A DNA stretch of 64,000 nt. It comes from an uncultured Flavobacteriales bacterium (GTDB taxonomy: Bacteria > Bacteroidota > Bacteroidia > Flavobacteriales_D > Crocinitomicaceae). Positions 8,168 to 16,921 of the stretch are shown here, one piece after another. Within the stretch, counting starts at the first letter, position 1, and each line of letters begins with the position of its first letter. The position numbers and the translations under genes were made by a program. The notes under the pieces were generated by a model. The model ran no database searches. It was not told where the DNA came from and saw only the letters and a list, made by a program, of their open reading frames with translations. Location: NCBI GenBank assembly GCA_964425255.1, contig CAYRMV010000002.1:765-64764 (forward strand), written 5' to 3'.

Positions 8168-9544
8168 ATGCAATTCATCGGTCAAACAACAGACACCATT
8201 TGTGCACTTTCCACCGCCAATGGAATGGGGGCAATCGCAGTCATACGCGTATCAGGAAAAGACGCACTTCGCATCGTTTCACAGGTTTTCACCAAAAATT
8301 TGGAAGATGTCATAAGCCATACTGCTCATTTTGGTCGAATCAAAGAACCAAACGGTGGGATTATCGATGAGGTTTTGGTAACTGTTTTAAAAGATCAACG
8401 CAGTTTTACAGGTGAAAATACCGTAGAAATCGCCTGTCACGGATCGACATTTATTCAACAACAAATTTTACAATTGCTTACTGCACAAGGTTGTCGTTTG
8501 GCGCAGCCGGGAGAATTTACGATGCGTGCCTTTTTGCACGGGAAACTGGATTTATCCCAAGCAGAAGCTGTTGCAGATTTAATTGCATCTGAGAACAAAC
8601 GAGCACATCACGTCGCGATGAATCAAATGCGTGGTGGATTTTCAACTGAATTACAGCAATTGAGAGAAAAATTGATTCATTTTGCCAGTTTGGTCGAATT
8701 GGAACTCGATTTTGCGGAGGAAGACGTAGAATTTGCAGACCGAACCGAGTTGAAAGCCTTAGTTTCGGAGGTAATTACGTATAAGAAGCGTTTGATACAA
8801 TCGTTCCAGCTTGGAAACGCCATCAAAAAAGGGGTACCCGTTGCCATTGTTGGTGCGCCAAATACAGGGAAAAGTACCTTACTGAATCAATTGTTGGGCG
8901 ACGACCGAGCGATTGTTAGTAACATTGCAGGTACCACACGTGATGTCATTGAAGAAACCTTGACCATCGATGGCATTTTGTTTCGTTTGATTGATACCGC
9001 TGGAATTCGTGATAATGCAGAAGAAATTGAAGCCATGGGGATTGAGCGTTCCAAACAAAAAATTGAACAAGCAACGATTATTTTATGCATGGCGGACACA
9101 ACCATTGAAACCAGTTTGAACGAGGTTTTAAACTGGGCAGAGCAACTTCAACGTGATCACAGCGATAAAAAAGTACTCGTTCTTGCTAACAAAACCGATG
9201 TTTCACAAGTCACAGTTGGAGATTATCCGGTTCCTGTTTTGTTTGTGAGCGCCAAAGAGGGCATCGGAATGGAAATTCTACGAAACGAATTGGTTTCCCT
9301 TGTCACAGGCGATTTTGATTTGGCACAAGAAACCATCGTCACCAATGCTCGTCATGTCGATGCCTTACAACAAGCCGTTACCGCGCTCGAACAAGCCCAA
9401 CTCGGACTCGAAACCAACATCACCGGCGACTTTGTAGCGATGGACATCCGCCAAGCCATGTTCTACCTCGGCCAAATCACCGGCGACATCTCCACCGACG
9501 ATTTGTTAGGAAATATTTTTGCGAAGTTTTGTATTGGGAAGTGA
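8168..9544 (+). CDS. mnmE: tRNA uridine-5-carboxymethylaminomethyl(34) synthesis GTPase MnmE
   Basis: N-terminal DTICALSTANGMGAIAVIRVSG, G-domain GAPNTGKSTLLN / DTAGIR / NKTD, and the C-terminal FCIGK motif typical of MnmE/TrmE. Confidence 0.95.
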   Translation: MQFIGQTTDTICALSTANGMGAIAVIRVSGKDALRIVSQVFTKNLEDVISHTAHFGRIKEPNGGIIDEVLVTVLKDQRSFTGENTVEIACHGSTFIQQQILQLLTAQGCRLAQPGEFTMRAFLHGKLDLSQAEAVADLIASENKRAHHVAMNQMRGGFSTELQQLREKLIHFASLVELELDFAEEDVEFADRTELKALVSEVITYKKRLIQSFQLGNAIKKGVPVAIVGAPNTGKSTLLNQLLGDDRAIVSNIAGTTRDVIEETLTIDGILFRLIDTAGIRDNAEEIEAMGIERSKQKIEQATIILCMADTTIETSLNEVLNWAEQLQRDHSDKKVLVLANKTDVSQVTVGDYPVPVLFVSAKEGIGMEILRNELVSLVTGDFDLAQETIVTNARHVDALQQAVTALEQAQLGLETNITGDFVAMDIRQAMFYLGQITGDISTDDLLGNIFAKFCIGK

Positions 9545-9576
9545 TTTGTTTCAGTTATAACATTGCAAAAACAAAA

Positions 9577-9603
9577 AAGCGAATCCGAGAGGCATTCGCT
9601 TTG
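9577..9603 (+). terminator. intrinsic terminator of mnmE
   Basis: Stem AAGCGAATCC / GG(C)ATTCGCTT with one bulge and a GAGA loop, followed by TTTG. Confidence 0.6.
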
Positions 9604-9678
9604 TCATGCTGGTATTTTAACGTGCAGGTGCTACAGCAATGAACTTGAGTAGTTGTGCACGGTGCTTAACACACATTT

Positions 9679-10035
9679 TTATAATGCCAAGAGATAATTT
9701 TCTAAATTTTTCTCACTGAATTTGAAAACAGGAAGCTCTGTATAAAATCTATTTCGCTTGTTTTGAGTGGATTCAACAGTTATCAGCATTGTACGTATAG
9801 CTTCTGACGCATCTTTTAAATGTATTGTTAAGCCATTTTGTTCTTTAAGTTTCATGCGTTCTTTGTGAAACTGATCTGCAAATGAACGCGACATGAAAAC
9901 TACTTCTGTAAAATCAAAAACAACATTTCTAGCCTGATTTTCGTTGACAAAATCAAACAATAAAACAGCCGCTTCGCGAGAGTTTAAAGTTTCTCCGAGG
10001 TGATTAAATACGATTATATCTAGTGTATTTTCCAT
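9679..10035 (-). CDS. small STAS-like (DUF4325-like) protein, putative anti-anti-sigma-type partner
   Basis: 118 aa. The pattern NVVFDFTEVVFMSRSFADQF resembles the STAS/SpoIIAA core (xDFxxVxFxxSxxxxxL). It is the last gene of the co-directional cassette. Low GC. Confidence 0.55.
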   Translation of the reverse strand: MENTLDIIVFNHLGETLNSREAAVLLFDFVNENQARNVVFDFTEVVFMSRSFADQFHKERMKLKEQNGLTIHLKDASEAIRTMLITVESTQNKRNRFYTELPVFKFSEKNLENYLLAL

Positions 10036-10093
10036 TTTTTAGAAGTGCAAAGTTAGTACTTTACTTTTACTAATTTACAAAAAAAAATTAAAA

Positions 10094-11011
10094 CTACAAA
10101 TCTGTATATGAATGAATTGTAAAATTATCATTTCTATATAGTGGAATTCTTAAATTTAGCATACAACCTTTAAATTCAATTTGTTCATTGATAGAAATTA
10201 TTTCTTCTTTTTCATGATTTTGCATAAAAAAACCATTTCCTGTCATCATAAAAAATTGACCTTTCAAGCCTTTTGTTAACATATTTCTAGTTGTGTTAAG
10301 TCCAAACCCTCTGCTTTCGGGGATGTTTTTTGTCGATTTTCCGTATACACCAAAATTAATTGCTTCGGCATTGGATTTTGGGTTGTGCTTTCCACTATCC
10401 AAATAGGATTGAAGCAATCCTTTGCCCATATCACAAATGCTTAAATCAAGGTATTTTTTTTCGGGATAAAACTGTAAAAATACTGTACCAAATGAAATCG
10501 CTGAGTGGTCAACAATATTTTGAGTCAACTCATCCAACATGTAATAAATACCAGACAATAAATTAATCGGTAAATTTAGTTGCTTTTTTAGAATTGAGTT
10601 GACAGCAGTTAAAACATTTTCTCGAAATTCTGCTTGTTGTTTTAAACTTGAGGTTGGAAAATGAATAATTGGTATATATGATTTGCTTTCATAATATTCG
10701 AATGAAAGAGAGTGATTTACTTCTGAATTTGTTAAATCTAAAAAGTCTTCATGAAAGTGAATCGTCTTTAAATAACTGCTTTCATTTATGACAGATATTT
10801 TTGTACCTTGATTTTTTTTATGCCTTAATAGGCAACTTAAAGGACCAATATAATGTGGTACAATAAATTTATTTCCTTCAAAATCAACAATTATTTCATC
10901 CAAATCTACATTTAAATCTGGCAATATTTTTAAAAATTTATTGATGGCATCTCCAAAACTGTCATCAAATCGTTCAGGAACTTTTATTGTTAGTGTTGTT
11001 TGCATAATCAA
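10094..11011 (-). CDS. GHKL (Bergerat-fold) ATPase / SpoIIAB-RsbW-like putative serine kinase with extra N-terminal domain
   Basis: The C-terminal half carries an N-box ELTQNIVDHS, a G1 box CDMGKGL and a G2 box SRGFGLNTTRNM. The N-terminal ~120 aa (IIVDFEGNKFIVPHYIGPLSCLL) is possibly STAS-like. Confidence 0.65.
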   Translation of the reverse strand: MIMQTTLTIKVPERFDDSFGDAINKFLKILPDLNVDLDEIIVDFEGNKFIVPHYIGPLSCLLRHKKNQGTKISVINESSYLKTIHFHEDFLDLTNSEVNHSLSFEYYESKSYIPIIHFPTSSLKQQAEFRENVLTAVNSILKKQLNLPINLLSGIYYMLDELTQNIVDHSAISFGTVFLQFYPEKKYLDLSICDMGKGLLQSYLDSGKHNPKSNAEAINFGVYGKSTKNIPESRGFGLNTTRNMLTKGLKGQFFMMTGNGFFMQNHEKEEIISINEQIEFKGCMLNLRIPLYRNDNFTIHSYTDL

Positions 11012-11050
11012 TCCTTCAAAAACCCATACATATAAACCCTCGACTTGTTC

Positions 11051-12394
11051 TTATCTCTTTAAATTAATTTCCAAAAAATTATTAAAAGTAAGCGTGTAAA
11101 CCTCAACGTATCCTTCCAAATAGGTATATAAATTGGGAGACACTTTTTTCGGAGATAAATTTAACAGTGAGTTTGAAAATAGTTCTATACTTAATTTTTC
11201 ATCAAATTTATTTTCAATGAAAGCAGGATCAATTATTGTTATTTTTATTTCAGGATTATGAATCAAAGCAGTTTTTATACTTTCGTTTATATGTTCATCA
11301 CCAAATCCGTAGCCTATAATAAATAATCTATTAGCAAATAAACAATCTCTATCAAAAGCAGATATCATTTGTTTAAAAGGTGTTACTGCTGTTTTTGCTG
11401 TTTTTTGATAACCTGTAATTATATTCGTCAACATAATAGTTTTTCCCTTATCCATTTGCCTTGTTGCTTGTTCCCATAGATTAGATGAAAAACTAGGTAC
11501 TCCTTTTAAATAAAATTCAGAAGCAGGTAGTTGCTGATTATTTCTTGATCTAACATCCCAATATGCAGATCCATGTAAATTGTAAAGTACTGTTGAGTCA
11601 AAATCAGAAAGTATTCTTCTTACATTCGCTTGAATCATATCACCGGAATTAACAGATGCTCCACACTCAAATCCTTCAAATACTTTTATTCCTCTGTTTT
11701 CTAGTATTACTTTAAAAAGACGATCGTAGTTTAATGTATACATTCTTGTAATACCACTATCTCCAGAAATATTTTTTATCCAACTATAAAAACGATCATT
11801 CAAAACTTTATTAGTTTCATTCTCGATAACATTTGTTTTTCCATTCGTGTAGTAAGAATATTTTGAAATATGTCCAATAATTCCACTCAATAAGTTCGAC
11901 AATAGTAGCTGAAAATAAAACTGTTCAGGATTCTCATTGTTGAAAGAACACTTATCTGCTTCAGGAAAATCAGGAATTATCAATTGATATCCATGCACAG
12001 AAACACCTCCTACAATTTCAAAATTTAAAATATCATCCATTATTTCTGAAGCGTTAATGAAGCATTTCATAAGTGAGGTCTTTGTGTTGTTTCCAAAATT
12101 TGAATAGTAAGTAATTAACTCATCGATAATATTTATAATCGTTTCAAAATTTATATCATGCTCACTAAAACCATTGTGTTTCAAGGTTTCATATATTTTA
12201 TTACTAATGCGCTCACCACTCTTAGTTTTAAAGCCTCTTTCTCTAATTAAATGAGTTAAACAACATACTCTATTCTTAATTTCACCCGTTTCTCGTTCAG
12301 GCAAAAAAGTTAATTTATCGCCATTACATAGTGTTTTAGGTGCACCCCAATCAATAACAGCACCAGCACCGAATAGAAATACATTCCTTTTCAT
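11051..12394 (-). CDS. SIR2-family (SIR2_2-type) protein, putative NAD+-consuming defence effector
   Basis: Gly-rich NAD loop FLFGAGAVIDWGAP at the N-terminus, YTLNYDRL, catalytic-His motif YNLHGSAYW, and IIGYGFGDEHIN. The ATG lies 2 nt after the stop of the MmeI-like gene. Very low GC: 20-27% on the two 60-nt lines I counted. Confidence 0.7.
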   Translation of the reverse strand: MKRNVFLFGAGAVIDWGAPKTLCNGDKLTFLPERETGEIKNRVCCLTHLIRERGFKTKSGERISNKIYETLKHNGFSEHDINFETIINIIDELITYYSNFGNNTKTSLMKCFINASEIMDDILNFEIVGGVSVHGYQLIIPDFPEADKCSFNNENPEQFYFQLLLSNLLSGIIGHISKYSYYTNGKTNVIENETNKVLNDRFYSWIKNISGDSGITRMYTLNYDRLFKVILENRGIKVFEGFECGASVNSGDMIQANVRRILSDFDSTVLYNLHGSAYWDVRSRNNQQLPASEFYLKGVPSFSSNLWEQATRQMDKGKTIMLTNIITGYQKTAKTAVTPFKQMISAFDRDCLFANRLFIIGYGFGDEHINESIKTALIHNPEIKITIIDPAFIENKFDEKLSIELFSNSLLNLSPKKVSPNLYTYLEGYVEVYTLTFNNFLEINLKR

Positions 12395-12396
12395 TT

Positions 12397-15150
12397 TTAG
12401 CTTTTTCTTTTCTTCTTCACTTTCTCCACCGCAAACAACCCACTCGTATATTTCTCATACAATTCAAACAAAAACTCCATGCGTTTGGCGTCTGTGGAAA
12501 AATCTTGTTTGCTGTAGGCTAAGTCTACGGCTTTGTCTAACTCGTTGTGTGCTTTTACCAAAGTGGGCGGCATGGTTAAAGGATCATACAAATCTGCCAA
12601 GGAACTATTTGGAAACGTTGCACGCGCATCCAATACTTTTTGTGCCGCTCTTTCGATCTGTTCTTTTTGTTTGTCTGTGGGGTTTTCAGGCCAAGGGAAG
12701 TTGTTGTAGACGACAGAATTAGAGTATCTGTAATCACTTTTTAATCTGCCACAAAGACTTTTAACCCAAGTCATATGCATTTCAGAAGTTAAAATTCCAA
12801 AATGAAACAACTTGGCATTCGGGATAATTAAACAAAGGTTGCTTGCTATAACGTCTGCAGACATAAAGCCAATCGGAATAAATTTTCTTCGTTCTGATGA
12901 AACACTTGGGATAATTACATATTCTGTCTCATTATGTGAAACGAAAGCAAATAGTGAAGGACTACTAGCTAATTCTCTAGTGTCTTTTCGTGTGCTATTT
13001 TCTCTAAATTCTTTGACCTTTTTAAGTCTATCAGTTATGAACGATGAATTTCTTAATTGAATGGGTTCCGCGTCTTTTAGCCAAAGACAATAACGAGGTA
13101 TATTATAGATAAACTCAACGCTTCCAACATATCTTCTAATGTGTTTTTCTATGAAAGGTTCGGCATAAACAGCTTCATTTTTTTCTTCTTGATTCATTAG
13201 TAGAAAACCACCATCAATAGGTTGGTTCCCAAACTTTATCTTAGGAACATTACAAATTGCATTCGATGATTTATTGATAATAATATCCTTTGCATCCACC
13301 AAATACGGATTGATGTTTTTTGCAACAATTTCTATGGGTTCTCCCTTAATATCGGGATATTCAAACAGCAATTTTTTAGCAGTATCAAAATTTGCAAAGC
13401 CAACAATGACACAATAAACGGCAGCATTTCCTTTTGCTTCGTTGCTCCATTTAAACGTACGATGGGCAAAGTGAATTTTAATGTGATATTTGTTGAGTAA
13501 AGTTCCCCAGAGAATACTTGTTTGTTCGCCTTGTACAATGGAATTAGTAGACACAAAAGCCGTTTTAATGGTTGTTCCTTGCATGTACTTGGCTGCTTTT
13601 ACATACCAGCCTGTTACATAATCCAAAACACCACAACCAGCGATATTATCAAATTCTCTAACAATTTGGTCTCTTTGTGTTTGCGTCATTATTTTTGAAC
13701 CAATAAACGGCGGATTTCCAATGATATGAGTTAGTTCTTTTTTCGAAACAACCGTTTCCCAATCAGTTTCCAAAGCATCTGCATATACAATATTCGCACT
13801 TTTTGTCAAAGGCAAGCGCGCAAAATACTGCCCAAACTCCATGCTCATTTTGAGGTTCATTTGGTGGTCCATTAGCCACATGGCTACTTCGGCAATTCGC
13901 GCAGGAAATTCTTCGTATTCAATACCCGCCATTATGTCCACATCCAAGAGCGCCACGTCTTTCAACTCCACAACAACACGGTCGTTTCCGTAAATGTGGC
14001 TCAACACAGCCAATTCCAATAAGCGCAATTCGCGGTAGGTAATCACCAAGAAATTTCCACATCCACACGCAGGGTCTAAAAACTTCAGTTTACTCAATCG
14101 CTCATGAAAGGCGTTCAATTTTGCTTTGTTGGTTTTGATGCTTTCAAATTCTGCCCACAATTCATCCAAAAACAAAGGCTTAATGAGTTTGAGAATGTTT
14201 TTTTCGCTCGTGTAATGCGCCCCCAAGTTTCTGCGTTCTTTCGGGTCCATCACACTTTGGAACATCGAACCAAAAATCGCAGGAGAAATTTTACTCCAAT
14301 CCAAGTAACAACATTCCAACAAGGTTTGGCGCATCTTGGAATCAAAATGAGCAACGGGCAAAATCTCTAGAAACAATTTTCCGCCCACAAACGGGAAAGC
14401 GTTCAGTTGTTCGTCCAAATTCTTGAAACGTTTTTCCATAGGCGTGTTCAACACTTGGAAAATTTCTTGAATTTTTGCGGCTAAATCACTTCCGTCTTCA
14501 CTCGTTCGTTCTTCAATAAAATCTTGAAATTGTTGTTTCTCAAAAATACTCGTGTCTTCGGCAAACAAACAAAACAGCAAGCGCACCAAATACACTTCCA
14601 ACGGATGACCTTCATAACCAATTTCTTGCAAACGATCGTGGAGTTTTCCCATCAATTCGGCTGCTTTCACGTTTACAGGGTCTTCTTCGCGGTACACTTT
14701 TTTCTGATAGCCCGCAATGAAACCAAAGAGTTCCACGTGATGTACAAATTCATGTAATTTGAATTCGATGTATTCGTCTTCACCCGTTTCTTCTAAATCG
14801 TACAAACGAAAGGTTTCAAAATCACACACCAACACATATTTCGGAATATCCAATTTATGCAATCCGTGAATGTATCCTTTAGCTTGTCCGTATGCTTTCG
14901 TAAGGTCTTTTCCCTTGCTTTTCATTTCCACCAACAGCCAACCTTTCCACAGCATGTCGATGTAGCCATCGCTGTTGCCCAATTTTTTTACTTTGTGTTC
15001 AAAAGCAGCCACTTTTCGTTGGTTTAGTCCAAACACGTTGAAAAAGTCAACCAAAAAAGGTTTAGCATCTGCGTCTTCGCTAAATGTTCCTTCCCATTCT
15101 ATTGAAAAAGCGAGCGCTCTTTCCTTAATTTCATTCCAGCTAAGTGCCAT
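12397..15150 (-). CDS. MmeI-family type IIL (IIG) bifunctional restriction endonuclease / N6-adenine DNA methyltransferase
   Basis: The N-terminus MALSWNEIKERALAFSIEWEG...AKPFLVDFFNVFG...YIDMLWKGWLLVEMKSKGKDL follows the MmeI nuclease (D...EXK) pattern as I recall it. SAM motif I FLDPACGCGNFLV; catalytic motif IV IIGNPPF. Length is 917 aa, against about 919 aa for MmeI. Confidence 0.85.
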   Translation of the reverse strand: MALSWNEIKERALAFSIEWEGTFSEDADAKPFLVDFFNVFGLNQRKVAAFEHKVKKLGNSDGYIDMLWKGWLLVEMKSKGKDLTKAYGQAKGYIHGLHKLDIPKYVLVCDFETFRLYDLEETGEDEYIEFKLHEFVHHVELFGFIAGYQKKVYREEDPVNVKAAELMGKLHDRLQEIGYEGHPLEVYLVRLLFCLFAEDTSIFEKQQFQDFIEERTSEDGSDLAAKIQEIFQVLNTPMEKRFKNLDEQLNAFPFVGGKLFLEILPVAHFDSKMRQTLLECCYLDWSKISPAIFGSMFQSVMDPKERRNLGAHYTSEKNILKLIKPLFLDELWAEFESIKTNKAKLNAFHERLSKLKFLDPACGCGNFLVITYRELRLLELAVLSHIYGNDRVVVELKDVALLDVDIMAGIEYEEFPARIAEVAMWLMDHQMNLKMSMEFGQYFARLPLTKSANIVYADALETDWETVVSKKELTHIIGNPPFIGSKIMTQTQRDQIVREFDNIAGCGVLDYVTGWYVKAAKYMQGTTIKTAFVSTNSIVQGEQTSILWGTLLNKYHIKIHFAHRTFKWSNEAKGNAAVYCVIVGFANFDTAKKLLFEYPDIKGEPIEIVAKNINPYLVDAKDIIINKSSNAICNVPKIKFGNQPIDGGFLLMNQEEKNEAVYAEPFIEKHIRRYVGSVEFIYNIPRYCLWLKDAEPIQLRNSSFITDRLKKVKEFRENSTRKDTRELASSPSLFAFVSHNETEYVIIPSVSSERRKFIPIGFMSADVIASNLCLIIPNAKLFHFGILTSEMHMTWVKSLCGRLKSDYRYSNSVVYNNFPWPENPTDKQKEQIERAAQKVLDARATFPNSSLADLYDPLTMPPTLVKAHNELDKAVDLAYSKQDFSTDAKRMEFLFELYEKYTSGLFAVEKVKKKRKS

Positions 15151-15331
15151 AAATTAGATTTGATTGGCTAAGATACGAAATAAGTTTTTTTTGAGGAGTT
15201 TACTTGAAAGTAACGATGGAAAAAGGATGTGTTTTTTCGCATGCAACCTGCGTTTTGAAGTTGTTTGTTTTTTAGTCAAAAGTTGAAAGTAAAATCGATT
15301 AAGCCTCAAATGGATGCTTTTCGGATGATCC

Positions 15332-15976
15332 TCAACTCACCAAATGCGACCGTATCGCCGTACTGATCAATTTTCCGATGGTGTTTACGCCCACTTTTTG
15401 CATGATGTTGTTTTTGTGGGTTTCCACTGTTCGGGGGCTGAGGAATAATTTGTCGGCAATTTCGCGGGGAGAAAATCCTTCACACAAAAGTTGCAAAATT
15501 TCCAATTCGCGGGAAGATAACACGACTTTGACTTCGTTGGATGATTCCGAATTTTTGGATTTTCCTTCCAGCTTTTCTTTGATTTCGGGAGAATAGAAGA
15601 TTGTTTTGTTTTGAAATGCTTCCAAAGCGTCTTGCAATTCGAACGAAGTCGAGTTTTTACTCACAAATCCTTTTGCACCAATTTGAATGCACTTTTGCAC
15701 CGTGTATTTGTCGTTTACCATCGACAACATCATACAGGTGATTTTAGGAAAATTTTGATTGATTTTTTCCAACGTTTGGATTCCGTCCCAATGGGGCATC
15801 TCAATATCCAAAAAAACCAAATGGGGTTGTTTGTTCATGCAAGAACGGTATAACTCTTCGCCATCATGAAAAATGCGCACTTCGGCAATTTGTGGTAAAT
15901 TTCGTAAAATTTCAGCGATACCTTGCGCCACAATTGGGTGATCATCCGCAATTGCAATCGAAATTTTGTTTTCCAT
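15332..15976 (-). CDS. NarL/FixJ-family response regulator (REC + LuxR-type HTH)
   Basis: IAIADDHPIV, LVFLDIEMPHWDG, and the C-terminal LSSRELEILQLLCEGFSPREIADKLFLSPRTVETHKNNIMQKVGV. The track start at 15991 gives five extra residues. Confidence 0.85.
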   Translation of the reverse strand: MENKISIAIADDHPIVAQGIAEILRNLPQIAEVRIFHDGEELYRSCMNKQPHLVFLDIEMPHWDGIQTLEKINQNFPKITCMMLSMVNDKYTVQKCIQIGAKGFVSKNSTSFELQDALEAFQNKTIFYSPEIKEKLEGKSKNSESSNEVKVVLSSRELEILQLLCEGFSPREIADKLFLSPRTVETHKNNIMQKVGVNTIGKLISTAIRSHLVS

Positions 15977-16244
15977 GGTTTCCCCTTCCATTTCAGTGAA
16001 TCAGAATCTTGCAACAAATGTATGATTTTTTCTTTTGGTATGAGAACGTTTTTTAATTTGTGGTTTTTCTCAAACAATCTTGCTCTTTGGATTCAAAAAA
16101 ATAAACAGATCTTTCTCAAAAACACATCAAAATCTTCTTTTTTTGCTTTTGTAGTTATGCAAAATTTTGATAAAACTTCTGTCATTTTATGATTTTTGTT
16201 TGCTTTTTAAAACGCCTATTTCCGTATTTTTGCCAAAAAAAAAG

Positions 16245-16916
16245 ATGCGTGTAATTCTCTTATCCATCATCATTTTTATTTCGGTTCTGGTTGGGTATTT
16301 TATGCTGAAACCAAGTCCCGCAGAAGAAGTGTTACCGATTTTAAATCCCGTGGATTTGGAACCTGAAATGGTCGATTCACTCATGACGCGCAAAGGTTTT
16401 GGTCACCGAATTGGCGATTTTTCGTTCCAAAATCAAGAGAACAAAACCATCACCTTAAACGATCTGAAAGGGAAAGTTTTCGTTGCGGAGTATTTTTTCA
16501 CTACGTGTGGCACCATCTGTCCCGTGATGAATAAGCAAATGCAACGTGTTCATGGCATGTTTAAACATGAAAAGAATTTTCGCATTTTGAGCTTCACAGT
16601 AGATCCGAAAATAGACACGGTCGAACAAATGAAAATGTATGCTGATGGTCATGGGGCAGATCCAAAATCCTGGTTTTTTCTGACAGGTGAAAAAGAGAAA
16701 TTGTACCACTTGGCTCGAACATCGTTTTTCGTGTTGAAACCTGCGGAAGCGCAAAATTTAGGCGATGCGGGGAGTGATTTTATTCACACAAACAATTTTG
16801 TTTTGGTTGATAAATTACAGCGAATTAGAGGCTATTACGATGGGACAAATCCTAAATCGGTCGATAAATTAATCCACGATATTCCTATTTTACTGCAAGA
16901 ATTTACGAAAGAGTGA
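16245..16916 (+). CDS. SCO1/SenC-family copper chaperone / thiol-disulfide protein
   Basis: One TM anchor, then FVAEYFFTTCGTICPVM (CxxxC) and the downstream FTVDP and DFIHT motifs typical of SCO proteins. ATG at 16245; the track start at 16167 is a non-ATG codon. Confidence 0.8.
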   Translation: MRVILLSIIIFISVLVGYFMLKPSPAEEVLPILNPVDLEPEMVDSLMTRKGFGHRIGDFSFQNQENKTITLNDLKGKVFVAEYFFTTCGTICPVMNKQMQRVHGMFKHEKNFRILSFTVDPKIDTVEQMKMYADGHGADPKSWFFLTGEKEKLYHLARTSFFVLKPAEAQNLGDAGSDFIHTNNFVLVDKLQRIRGYYDGTNPKSVDKLIHDIPILLQEFTKE

Positions 16917-16921
16917 TTGTC

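Noticed and set aside
9604-9678. att-like direct repeats or a terminator marking the left border of the defence island
   Set aside because: There are only weak, imperfect GTGCA-containing inverted matches. I found no convincing repeat shared with the right border (15151-15331).
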